Source: Alphaproteobacteria bacterium
GTDB lineage: Bacteria; Pseudomonadota; Alphaproteobacteria; RF32; CAG-239
DNA: 64,000 bases
Assembly (NCBI GenBank): GCA_048463395.1
Contig: DBFWPL010000002.1
Coordinates: 24,098 to 88,097 of the forward strand
Direction: 5' to 3'
Shown: one piece after another, positions 38,097 to 47,748 of the stretch
Numbering within the stretch: position 1 is the first letter of the stretch
How the letters are laid out: every line of letters starts with the position of its first letter
Position numbers and translations under genes: made by a program
Notes under the pieces: generated by a model
Databases searched by the model: none
Seen by the model: the letters and a program-made list of their open reading frames with translations, nothing else
What the model was told of the DNA's origin: nothing

Positions 38097-38609
38097 TTAA
38101 AGTTTTATGTCGGACAGGTCAATGGCATCCAGCAATTCGTTCAGTTCTTTTTGATGGTAAATATGCTCGCTGAAAAGGAGCATAACCGAGATGCAGGCTC
38201 GCAATGTGTTACGATTGATTTCCTCCGGATGCATTTCTCCAACTTTTTGGATCAGTTGATATTCAACGGAAGAAAGTCGATAAGAAGTTCCCATGGGAAC
38301 TTGTTTGAGAACAGTTTCCATTGTCTCCAAGTATTCGGAAACAACGTTGCATTTTTGTTCACTGATGTAAACATTGAGTTGATAACGGGCAAGTCTTCGG
38401 ATGTCGCTTGCGTATTTATGTCTTGTGTCCGAGAGAATTTCTTTTTGGCAGTTGTCCTTATTTAGGATGAAGTCCCACATTGTTTTCCGAAAATCGGAAT
38501 TCTTGTCGTGGGTAATGTCTGATATCTCAAAGAATTTCTCCAAGATGGATTCTGAAAAGACAATCTTATTGCCTATCAGACTAAACAGTTTTTCTTGTAA
38601 TTCGCTCAT
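38097..38609 (-). CDS. hypothetical protein (170 aa)
   Basis: Clean ORF with AT-rich flanks. No recognisable motif. Confidence 0.4.
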   Translation of the reverse strand: MSELQEKLFSLIGNKIVFSESILEKFFEISDITHDKNSDFRKTMWDFILNKDNCQKEILSDTRHKYASDIRRLARYQLNVYISEQKCNVVSEYLETMETVLKQVPMGTSYRLSSVEYQLIQKVGEMHPEEINRNTLRACISVMLLFSEHIYHQKELNELLDAIDLSDIKL

Positions 38610-38742
38610 GTCTCTGGGTATTTTACAGTTAATAATTAATAAAAATGTATAAAAGTATCAAAATAGTAAAATTTAGTTTTTTAAAACTAGTTCTTTTCGG
38701 ATATTTTGTCAAAACTTTTTTGGGATATTTTTTATAAAAATA

Positions 38743-38785
38743 ATTTGAAAGCTTGACAATGATGTTTTTAATTCCTACCTAATCA
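38743..38785 (+). promoter_or_regulatory. candidate groESL promoter (TTGACA -35 / heat-shock-like)
   Basis: tTTGAAAgcTTGACAatgatgtttttaattccTACCTAAT. No CIRCE inverted repeat was seen. Confidence 0.3.
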
Positions 38786-38815
38786 TCAGAAAAACTAAAT
38801 TAAGGAGTTGAATAA

Positions 38816-39106
38816 ATGAAAATCAGACCGTTACAAGATCGTGTCGTCGTCAGAAGACTGGATGAACTGACAAAAACTTCCGGAGGAATTATTATTCCGG
38901 ATACAGCAAAAGAAAAACCAAGTGAAGGTATTGTGGAAGCTGTCGGACCGGGAATGATTTCTCCGGAAGGTAAAGTTATTCCAATGGCTGTCAAGGCAGG
39001 TGATAAGGTGCTGTTTGGCAAATGGTCGGGTACAGAAGTCAAACTTGAAGGAGAGACATATTTGCTGATTAAAGAAGCTGAGATTTTAGGTGTTATTGAA
39101 GAATAA
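38816..39106 (+). CDS. groES: co-chaperonin GroES
   Basis: [14 protein letters not shown]...[13 protein letters not shown]. 96 aa. Confidence 0.9.
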   Translation: MKIRPLQDRVVVRRLDELTKTSGGIIIPDTAKEKPSEGIVEAVGPGMISPEGKVIPMAVKAGDKVLFGKWSGTEVKLEGETYLLIKEAEILGVIEE

Positions 39107-39120
39107 AAATTTTTGGATAA

Positions 39121-40776
<1,656 letters not shown>

Positions 40777-40797
40777 AATCTATTCAATAAATCATAA

Positions 40798-40832
40798 AGA
40801 AAGGGGGCTCTTTTTTAGAGTCCCCTTTTTGG
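40798..40832. terminator. bidirectional terminator after groEL
   Basis: aaagggggctcttttttagagtcccctttttgg. Confidence 0.7.
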
Positions 40833-40843
40833 TTGGTGATTGT

Positions 40844-42847
40844 TTATCTTCCTCTTGATCTTGCCGCTAACAAAAGTTGAGGTGTCGGAACTTGAGATGT
40901 TTGGGGTTGTTGAGTTTGTCCGGTGTTAGTGGGAACTGTCTGTTCTTTCATATTTTTTTGTTTGTTCTCGGAGGTCCGTTGTTGTATTTTTTCTTTTTGT
41001 TTTTTGAGTCGTTCTTTGGTTTCCGGTTCAATACCTTTCAGTTCGGAGATGTCGGGAAGATTGCTCATCTCAATATTGTTTTCCAGGCAGGCAAGCATTA
41101 ATCTTGCTTTAAATTCCGGAGACTTGATGTCGCCGAAGATGATTTTTTGACCGGTTTTCTTAGCCAGCAGAGCCAAGTCGTTGAAGTCTTTATAATCAGG
41201 AATTTTCGGTTTTTTATCTTTGTCTTTGCTCCCTAAACTTATTCTGTTTTCAGAAGTGGCAACAATGTTAAGCTCCTCGCCGTTTTTGCGGGTTAATTTT
41301 GCTTTGTAATAAGGAGAGGTTTCATCTTCCGAGTATTGTGATTTTTCCTGTTTGGCAATATTTTGGTAGAATTGACGATAAGGTTTTGCAAATTCTTTAT
41401 CCGGGGTGGCTTGTGGTTTATTTTTCGGTTCAGAAATGTTTTCTTCGACTGAAATTTTAGAGTTTGGTTGTTTTTCTGTTTGACGGTCATTCAAATTCAA
41501 AGAAGAATCTGCTTCGCGAATTTTTTCCCGAAGCATCTCTTCGGCGTGCTTGATGGCGTCAAGGAGTGGTTCTCTCCATCCGGGTTTGTTTATGGTTTCA
41601 CTGGCGATTTTTCTTCTTTCTTGGCTTTTTTCAATAATCTCTCGGCTTTCTTCGTTAATGTCTACATCAACGGTTATCAATTTTGATAAATCTTTGGTTT
41701 CGGTTTGGGGATTATAAACCTCAAAACTATAGAACAGCGAACGTTGGCGGTTGTATTCTTCATGATTAACATCATCAGGTCGAGATGTGTAGCTTTGTGC
41801 ATGCTGAAGGCATAAATTTTCAAATTGCATATTATATTGTGCTGTATAGTTTTTGTTCCAGTTTTTTATACTGCTGTTTATCAGTAAGGTATGGTCAGAC
41901 AAGATTGATTTGATTTCTTCAGTTGTTTTTCCTTTTAAAAGGTTATCCAACCAAGGGTTGTCGTGTCTGACGGTGTTTAGCAAATCATCATTGTTATTTT
42001 TGAAATAGTTGTTCACAGCCTCTATTAATACGGCGACTTCTGCAGATCGTTCGTCTTCTACATTGATTCTGTAAATGTCTTCACAAGAGAGTTTTGGTGT
42101 TCCTTCTTTTATTTGGCGTCTGTCCCTGAGAAAATGATTTTTAAAATGTTTGCATTCATGAATAAAAGCACTATGCTTATGTTTTTGTTTTGCATGAGCC
42201 TGAGAAATTATTAAATAAAGATTCTGTTCCCGATAAGGAAGAGTTTTCAAGTAGTCGGGGTTGTTTTTGATTTTATTTTTTATATCCAGATATTTTTTGA
42301 AATCTTCCTTTTTAAAAAGATATCGGGGCATTTTGAAATTCATCAGGAGAGACTCGGAGTCTGCATAAGCAGAACCACCAAGATAATCATCATTTTTATT
42401 GATAATTTTTCTGTCTTTATCGAAGTAGTCCAAATTTCCGTCTTGATCAAGTTCCAAATACATATCTCGTATATCGGCCTCAATGGTGTAATTGAGTTTT
42501 TTCATCATTGGAGGAATTTCATTGTCCGGAACCGGTTTATAATCAAACAGAGCAACATAATCTCCGATTTTTTCGACCTGAGGAAAATCAGGCAGATGGC
42601 TTAAGTCGTTTCTAAAAGGTTTTGTGTCAGGAAAAGTTTGTGGAGGCAGTTCGTGATTAAGAAAATAGGTTAGATAGTTATTTAAATCCGTAAATTCATT
42701 TTTTGACATTTTATCAAGGAAATCCGAGCGAGATAACTTAGAGTATTTCTCTTTTTTTTCTTGAGCTTCAGCGGGATCATTAACAACAAGAAAAAATCCG
42801 GTTTCCGTGAGGACGGTGCGTTCAATGAGAGGGTTGGTTTCAGACAT
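40844..42847 (-). CDS. large low-complexity K/E/N-rich hypothetical protein (effector-like), 667 aa
   Basis: No signal peptide and no TM segments. Charged, disordered C-terminal third ending in ...TQQPQTSQVPTPQLLLAARSRGR. Followed by a very AT-rich 300-bp upstream region. Confidence 0.5.
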   Translation of the reverse strand: MSETNPLIERTVLTETGFFLVVNDPAEAQEKKEKYSKLSRSDFLDKMSKNEFTDLNNYLTYFLNHELPPQTFPDTKPFRNDLSHLPDFPQVEKIGDYVALFDYKPVPDNEIPPMMKKLNYTIEADIRDMYLELDQDGNLDYFDKDRKIINKNDDYLGGSAYADSESLLMNFKMPRYLFKKEDFKKYLDIKNKIKNNPDYLKTLPYREQNLYLIISQAHAKQKHKHSAFIHECKHFKNHFLRDRRQIKEGTPKLSCEDIYRINVEDERSAEVAVLIEAVNNYFKNNNDDLLNTVRHDNPWLDNLLKGKTTEEIKSILSDHTLLINSSIKNWNKNYTAQYNMQFENLCLQHAQSYTSRPDDVNHEEYNRQRSLFYSFEVYNPQTETKDLSKLITVDVDINEESREIIEKSQERRKIASETINKPGWREPLLDAIKHAEEMLREKIREADSSLNLNDRQTEKQPNSKISVEENISEPKNKPQATPDKEFAKPYRQFYQNIAKQEKSQYSEDETSPYYKAKLTRKNGEELNIVATSENRISLGSKDKDKKPKIPDYKDFNDLALLAKKTGQKIIFGDIKSPEFKARLMLACLENNIEMSNLPDISELKGIEPETKERLKKQKEKIQQRTSENKQKNMKEQTVPTNTGQTQQPQTSQVPTPQLLLAARSRGR

Positions 42848-43161
42848 CTAGCTTTTCCTTTGAAAAAAAATATTAATTTTATCTTATCATATCAAGACAT
42901 ATTATACAAATGTTTTATAGACAAAATGTGATTGCAATTTAATGGGAAATGGTATTGCTCAGCACTTAATTCTATCCATTTTTGGGTTTTGGAAAAATAA
43001 ATGGACAAAATTTCAGGAGACGATTGTTGACAAAAATTGTAAACTGTGATAGCTTTTTGTCATTCGAAAATAATTATTCTGGAAAATACAATTTTGTATA
43101 AAGTTAAGGTATTTAACTTTTCCGTTTTGATTGTTTTCATAATCTTTAAACAAAAAATTAT

Positions 43162-43407
43162 ATGAAACAGAAGAACAAGAAACAAAAATCTTGGTTTAAA
43201 ACCCAAGTTATCAAGGTACAGATATTGCCTTGGTATTGGAAACTTGTCGCTACACTGCTTATCTTCTTTTTGGGAGGAACGTTCGGTACACAACTTTTTA
43301 CTGCTGCCGATGATCTTTTGATGATCTGTGGTTTTGCTGTTCTGGCTGTGGCACTATGGTTTCTTATCCAAGTGTGGATGCCTGCACCCGGTGGCGGTAA
43401 AAAGTAA
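43162..43407 (+). CDS. small membrane protein (Lys-rich N-terminus, two TM segments)
   Basis: 81 aa, directly upstream of an SPFH gene. Confidence 0.4.
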   Translation: MKQKNKKQKSWFKTQVIKVQILPWYWKLVATLLIFFLGGTFGTQLFTAADDLLMICGFAVLAVALWFLIQVWMPAPGGGKK

Positions 43408-43464
43408 CCAAAATTCGAGAATTCTTACAACTTTATTTCACTTAAAATTTTAAAATCAACGTTT

Positions 43465-44373
43465 ATGAAAGCGAACAAAAATTTTCTGGTGATTGTGATG
43501 ATTGCCGTTCTGAGTCTGGGATTTGTATCTTGTACACAGGTTGAGCCCGGTGAAGTTGCCTTGAAAGTTTACCAACTCGGGGATAAAAAAGGGCAAATTG
43601 AAGTTCTGGGGCCCGGCCGTTATGCCAATCATTGGTTCGGGTACTTTACTTATAAGATTTATCCGTCCAATCTGCAGCAGCATAGCTGGACAGAGAAAGA
43701 AACGAAAGATTCTCCCGCTAATGAACAAGTTTCTTTTCAGGCCGAAGGTCAAAATCTCAGTGCCGACATCGGTATTGAGTTTGAGTTTATGGCTGAAGAT
43801 GAAGCCAAGATGATAGCGATGTATCGTTACTTTAAGCGAGAACCGCAGGATATTGTTCAGGATTTTATGCGAAAAGATGTTCGAAGCTTTTTCAATAAGG
43901 TGGTTGAGAAAATGCCGGTCGAAATGGTTTACAGTACGGCAAAAGACAGTATCCGCAACGAAGTTCAACGGCTTATGGCTCAAAAATATGTCGAGCACGG
44001 TATTCGCATTAAGGAGGTAACTTATTTATCTTCCATTAATCTGCCTGATAAGGTGAAGGATGCCATTTCCGCTAAAATCGAAGCCAAGCAAAGAGCAGAG
44101 CAGCGAGAGAATGAAGTTGCCGAGAAAGAAGCAGAAGCCCGCAAAAAAGCCGCTGAAGCTCAGGGTGAGGCTGATCGACTGAGAAGCGAAGCAGAAGGCC
44201 GAGCCAAGGCAATAGAGGTTGAAGGCCGAGCTTTGGCAAATAATCCTCAGATATTGAGGCTGAAAGAGATTGAGATGCAGAAAGAACTGGCCGCCTCAGC
44301 GAAAAACTGGGACTATGTTAACTTCTCTGCTTCTCAAGCCGGACAATTACTCAACATCGGAACAGGAAAGTAG
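43465..44373 (+). CDS. SPFH/band-7 domain lipoprotein
   Basis: Lipobox LSLGFVSC. SPFH domain followed by a charged coiled-coil (AEAQGEADRLRSEAEGRAKAIEVEGRA). Confidence 0.7.
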   Translation: MKANKNFLVIVMIAVLSLGFVSCTQVEPGEVALKVYQLGDKKGQIEVLGPGRYANHWFGYFTYKIYPSNLQQHSWTEKETKDSPANEQVSFQAEGQNLSADIGIEFEFMAEDEAKMIAMYRYFKREPQDIVQDFMRKDVRSFFNKVVEKMPVEMVYSTAKDSIRNEVQRLMAQKYVEHGIRIKEVTYLSSINLPDKVKDAISAKIEAKQRAEQRENEVAEKEAEARKKAAEAQGEADRLRSEAEGRAKAIEVEGRALANNPQILRLKEIEMQKELAASAKNWDYVNFSASQAGQLLNIGTGK

Positions 44374-44401
44374 TGCCTACTAAAATAAAACATTTTGTTT
44401 T

Positions 44402-44430
44402 GACCCGCCGTTTGGCGGGTTTTTTCGTTT
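44402..44430 (+). terminator. rho-independent terminator
   Basis: gacccgccgtttggcgggttttttcg. Confidence 0.7.
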
Positions 44431-44487
44431 TGGGGTTAGCAAATATTAACTTATTTACGGTAGAATTCCCCAAAATAGGAAAATTTG

Positions 44488-45108
44488 ATGAAAAAACATT
44501 TTTACATATTTCGTCACGGACAAACAATTTGGAACGCTGAAGGACGTCCCCAAGGACAACACGAATATCCGGTTCCTTTGACAATGAACGGACGGGAACA
44601 AGCTCAGAAACTTGCAGAAAAATTATCAGGCCGGAAGATAAAGCTGATTATCAGTTCGGATCTGCTTCGGGCACAGCAGACCGGAGAGATTGTGGCTCAG
44701 ATACTGAAGGTGCCGATAATGTTTGATAAGCGTCTGCGGGAAGTGGATTATGGTATTCTAAACGGTCTTTATACCCTTGAGAGGGAAGAAGTTTATCCGG
44801 ATTTTAAGAGATCTTATCAGGATTCAAAAATTCCGTTTCCGGAGGGCGAAAGTCTTCATCAAGTTGCCTTGCGTTTTATTGATGTAATCAAAGACATTTG
44901 CGGAAAGTATAGTTATCGGGCGATTGGACTTTCTTCGCACGGGCATGCAATTACCTCTTTGATTGAAGAAGTGTTCGGATATCAGGCTCAGAGAATTGAA
45001 AATTGTGATTATGTGCATATTACCTATGATTTGGAAAAAGATAAATTTGAGGGCGTGGAACTTCCGGAAAAGCGTGAAATCTATGTGCCTCAGCTGCCAA
45101 ATTATTAG
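44488..45108 (+). CDS. histidine phosphatase (phosphoglycerate mutase family)
   Basis: FRHGQTIWN RHG catalytic motif and a later SSH motif (GLSSHGHAI). The ATG is at 44488 (the track start is TTG at 44485). Confidence 0.7.
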   Translation: MKKHFYIFRHGQTIWNAEGRPQGQHEYPVPLTMNGREQAQKLAEKLSGRKIKLIISSDLLRAQQTGEIVAQILKVPIMFDKRLREVDYGILNGLYTLEREEVYPDFKRSYQDSKIPFPEGESLHQVALRFIDVIKDICGKYSYRAIGLSSHGHAITSLIEEVFGYQAQRIENCDYVHITYDLEKDKFEGVELPEKREIYVPQLPNY

Positions 45109-45223
45109 GTGTAATATTTAAATTTTGTTTGCAGGATTGGAGATTAAGATTTTTTTGAAATTTTTTGAAATTAATGCTTGCAATTTTTTTTGGTTATGGT
45201 AATTAATAATTCGTTCTACAGAT

Positions 45224-45298
45224 GCGGGCGTAGCTCAGGGGTAGAGCGCAACCTTGCCAAGGTTGATGTCGAGGGTTCGAATCCCTTCACCCGCTCCA
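45224..45298 (+). tRNA. tRNA-Gly (anticodon GCC)
   Basis: Manual fold: acceptor gcgggcg/cacccgc (one C:A mismatch at 6:67), D-arm gctc-aggggta-gagc, anticodon arm caacc-ttGCCaa-ggttg, T-arm gaggg-ttcgaat-ccctt, encoded CCA. Confidence 0.85.
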
Positions 45299-45300
45299 TA

Positions 45301-45328
45301 AAAAAACCTCCTTTAGGGAGGTTTTTTT
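45301..45328 (+). terminator. terminator hairpin after tRNA-Gly
   Basis: aaaaaacctcctttagggaggttttttt. Confidence 0.7.
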
Positions 45329-45330
45329 AT

Positions 45331-45476
45331 GGAATTGAGGGGGAACGATGAGAACCCGAACAGAGGGTTCGGAGCGGATAGTTGGCGAGCACGATTTTAA
45401 GAAGTGCGAGGTTTACGTCGCGAAAGGGACCCATTGGCAGTGCCGATGGGAATTTACAATCCCTTCACCCGCTCCA
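45331..45476 (+). repeat. tRNA-linked structured element, copy 1
   Basis: Leader hairpin gaaccc-gaacaga-gggttc, then gagggttcg (tRNA-Gly T-stem 5' half plus first 4 nt of T-loop). A ~92-nt core follows: gagcggatagttggcgagcacgattttaagaagtgcgaggtttacgtcgcgaaagggacccattggcagtgccgatgggaatttac. It ends in aatcccttcacccgctcca, identical to tRNA-Gly from T-loop nt 58 through CCA. A near-identical copy of the tRNA terminator (45477-45510) follows. Confidence 0.7.
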
Positions 45477-45630
45477 TTAAAAAAGACCTCCTTTAGGGAG
45501 GTTTTTTTGTAAGGTTAATTCATGCTCTCTTTTGGGGAGTTTTGTTGTATTAGGGGAAGGATGTTCCCTTGATAAATTTGTTTGAGGGATTATTTTTATG
45601 CCATAACCTCTCTAAGCGAAAGTTTTAAGA

Positions 45631-46101
45631 ATGTTTACGGCAGAAAAAGAAAAGTTTTCCCGATGGCTTCAAATTGATGAGCGAATTCGTTTTGTCAGTG
45701 TCGGTTTTTGTAACATGGGGTTGAGATATGTCCTTTTTGTTTTACTGAGGTTGTTTTGGGCGATTCATTATCAGATTATTTTGATGTTTTCGTGGCTTTT
45801 ATCATCTGTGGTTGCTTTTTTTGCATATAAAACGTTGGTCTTTAGGACTGAGGGAAACCATTTTAAAGAATATTTGAAATGTATTGCCACCTGGTCGGTC
45901 AGTTATGGGATAAATGTGGTTATTTTACAGGGGCTTGTCAGCGGTTTTTCTTGGAATGTTTATATTTCTCAGGCAATTGCAATTGTTGTCATTACGGTTA
46001 TTAATTATCTGTTATTTAAGCATTTTGCCTTTCGTCCGGAACCCAAACCGTTAACTGTTTGGGAAAAATTAACGTCATTTTTGAATGTTTTCGGTCGGTA
46101 G
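45631..46101 (+). CDS. GtrA-family membrane protein
   Basis: ~150 aa, four TM helices, N-terminal RFVSVGFCNMGLRYVLFVLL typical of the GtrA-like family. Confidence 0.5.
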   Translation: MFTAEKEKFSRWLQIDERIRFVSVGFCNMGLRYVLFVLLRLFWAIHYQIILMFSWLLSSVVAFFAYKTLVFRTEGNHFKEYLKCIATWSVSYGINVVILQGLVSGFSWNVYISQAIAIVVITVINYLLFKHFAFRPEPKPLTVWEKLTSFLNVFGR

Positions 46102-46168
46102 TTTTTATTGAATTTTTAGATTTTAACTTTTATAATTTCCAAGTCAGAAGATTATGAAAGGTTTATCC

Positions 46169-46603
46169 ATGCAATATAAAATGCCGATATACAGTATTCC
46201 TTTTAAATTAATTAAGGAAGGAAAACGCAAGGTGGATATGCGTCTTCTGGATGAAAAACGTCAAAAACTCAAGCTGAATGATATTATCGAATTTATTGAT
46301 TCCCGTACGAATGAAAGCCTGTTTTGTAAAGTTAAGGGGCTTTTGGTTTTTAATTCTTTTGATGAGTTGATAGACGCTATTCCTTTGGAAATGTTTGGAA
46401 CCTATAAAGATAAAGATGAAATAAAATTGAGAATAAGACGGTTGTATGCGAATCAGAATATAGAAGATTATCAAGTTGTCGGAATTTTTATTGAACTATT
46501 GGATATTGATGTCCTTGAAAAAGACAGAGGCTCTAAATATTTATCTTTAGGAGATGAATTGGTTCGTTTTAATTTTTTGACGGGGTATCATGATGAAAGA
46601 TAG
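46169..46603 (+). CDS. hypothetical protein (possible ASCH/PUA-like domain)
   Basis: GAAAGG lies 7 nt upstream of the ATG at 46169. Weak resemblance to the ASCH fold; low confidence. Confidence 0.3.
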   Translation: MQYKMPIYSIPFKLIKEGKRKVDMRLLDEKRQKLKLNDIIEFIDSRTNESLFCKVKGLLVFNSFDELIDAIPLEMFGTYKDKDEIKLRIRRLYANQNIEDYQVVGIFIELLDIDVLEKDRGSKYLSLGDELVRFNFLTGYHDER

Positions 46604-47192
46604 TTTTTTAGATTTTGTAGAAAAACGCAGATCTGTTTATGGTTTGGGAAAAAGGGATGTCCTGAGTGAAACGGAAATCACGGAGCTTGTGGAAACGGCG
46701 GTTAAATATTGTCCGTCCGCTTTTAATTCTCAGTCGGCCAGAGTGGTTATTTTATTTGGAAAAAACTATCAGAGATTTTGGGAAATTGTTGCGGAGAGTT
46801 TGAAAGCGATTGTTCCGGAAAAAGCTTTTGAAGCAACAGCTAAAAAACTTGAAACTTTTCGCAATGGTTTGGGAACGGTTTTGTTTTTTGAGGATATGGA
46901 TGTGGTGAAAGGATTGCAGGAAAAATTTCCGTTGTATGCTGATAATTTTCCGAAGTGGTCTATGCAATCTAACGGAATGTTGGAATATATCGTTTGGACA
47001 GCTTTTAGCGAGAGAAATATCGGAGCCAGTTTGCAACACTATAATCCGCTGATTGACAAGGCCGTCATGCGGGAATGGAAATTGCCGGAGAGTTGGCAGC
47101 TTTTGGCTCAGATGCCGTTTGGAAGTATTGAAGCTTCTGCAGAGGCAAAAACGTTTGAACCGATGGATAAAAGAGTTAAAGTTTTTAAATAA
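46590..47192 (+). CDS. nitroreductase-family protein
   Basis: RRSVYGLGK...PSAFNSQSARVVIL N-terminal motif of the nitroreductase fold. Confidence 0.65.
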   Translation: MMKDSFLDFVEKRRSVYGLGKRDVLSETEITELVETAVKYCPSAFNSQSARVVILFGKNYQRFWEIVAESLKAIVPEKAFEATAKKLETFRNGLGTVLFFEDMDVVKGLQEKFPLYADNFPKWSMQSNGMLEYIVWTAFSERNIGASLQHYNPLIDKAVMREWKLPESWQLLAQMPFGSIEASAEAKTFEPMDKRVKVFK

Positions 47193-47233
47193 TCCTTGAT
47201 AAATGTGTCAATTGTTATTAAAACTATCTGTCA

Positions 47234-47325
47234 TGGAGAGATGGCAGAGTGGTCGAATGCGGTTGACTCGAAATCAATTGTACTCTTTACGGGTACCGGG
47301 AGTTCGAATCTCCCTCTCTCCGCCA
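47234..47325 (+). tRNA. tRNA-Ser (anticodon CGA)
   Basis: Manual fold: acceptor ggagaga/tctctcc, D-arm gca-gagtggtcgaa-tgc, anticodon arm gttga-ctCGAaa-tcaat, long variable arm, T-arm gggag-ttcgaat-ctccc, discriminator G, encoded CCA. Confidence 0.85.
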
Positions 47326-47327
47326 TT

Positions 47328-47368
47328 TATAACAAAGCCCTCCCTTGTGGGGGGCTTTGTTATAAATG
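47328..47368 (+). terminator. terminator hairpin after tRNA-Ser
   Basis: aacaaagccctcccttgtggggggctttgttataaa. Confidence 0.6.
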
Positions 47369-47369
47369 A

Positions 47370-47513
47370 TGAGGAAGAGTGGAATTTGAACTCCCGGTGA
47401 GGAGTTCGGAGCAGATAGTTGGCGAGCACGATTTTAAGAAGTGCGAGGCTTACGATGCGAAAGGGCCCCATTGGTTTTGCCAATGGGAATTTACAATCTC
47501 CCTCTCTCCGCCA
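47370..47513 (+). repeat. tRNA-linked structured element, copy 2
   Basis: Leader hairpin gaactcc-cggtga-ggagttc, then ggagttcg (tRNA-Ser T-stem 5' half plus ttcg). Core is ~90% identical to copy 1 (gagcagatagttggcgagcacgattttaagaagtgcgaggcttacgatgcgaaagggccccattggttttgccaatgggaatttac). It ends in aatctccctctctccgcca, identical to tRNA-Ser from T-loop nt 58 through CCA. A terminator-like hairpin (47514-47550) follows. Confidence 0.7.
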
Positions 47514-47698
47514 TAACAAAAGCCACCTGAAAAGGTGGCTTTTGTTATGGCGGAGGACTGCTCAGCTTCGGATATATCCTTGCTTTGCAGAGGGAGACAA
47601 GTTTTTCTAAACTCACTTAACAGCTCTTGCTGTTTCGTTTGTTAATAAAAACTTTGTGATACGATAAAAAAAGATGACGTTAAGTCATCTTTTTTATC

Positions 47699-47716
47699 TA
47701 TCCCCTCTCTCCGATT
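47699..47716 (+). repeat. third fragment resembling the tRNA-Ser 3' end (cccctctctccg), preceded by a terminator hairpin
   Basis: atctatcccctctctccgattt versus tRNA-Ser aatctccctctctccgcca. Upstream hairpin agatgacgttaagtcatct plus T6 (47670-47697). Confidence 0.4.
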
Positions 47717-47748
47717 TATAATGAAAAAGAATGAGTGGTAAGCTTATG

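Noticed and set aside
38610-38815. CIRCE/HrcA operator upstream of groES
   Set aside because: No TTAGCACTC-N9-GAGTGCTAA-like inverted repeat was found in the upstream 200 bp.
45331-45476. tmRNA (ssrA), including two-piece/permuted forms, as the identity of the tRNA-like element
   Set aside because: At ~130 nt it is too short. There is no tag-peptide reading frame (no ...ALAA-stop) and no pseudoknot series. Two copies are tied to different tRNAs.
47203-47519. ORFs 47203..47400 (+) and 47274..47519 (-)
   Set aside because: They overlap tRNA-Ser and the tRNA-linked repeat element and are not protein-coding.
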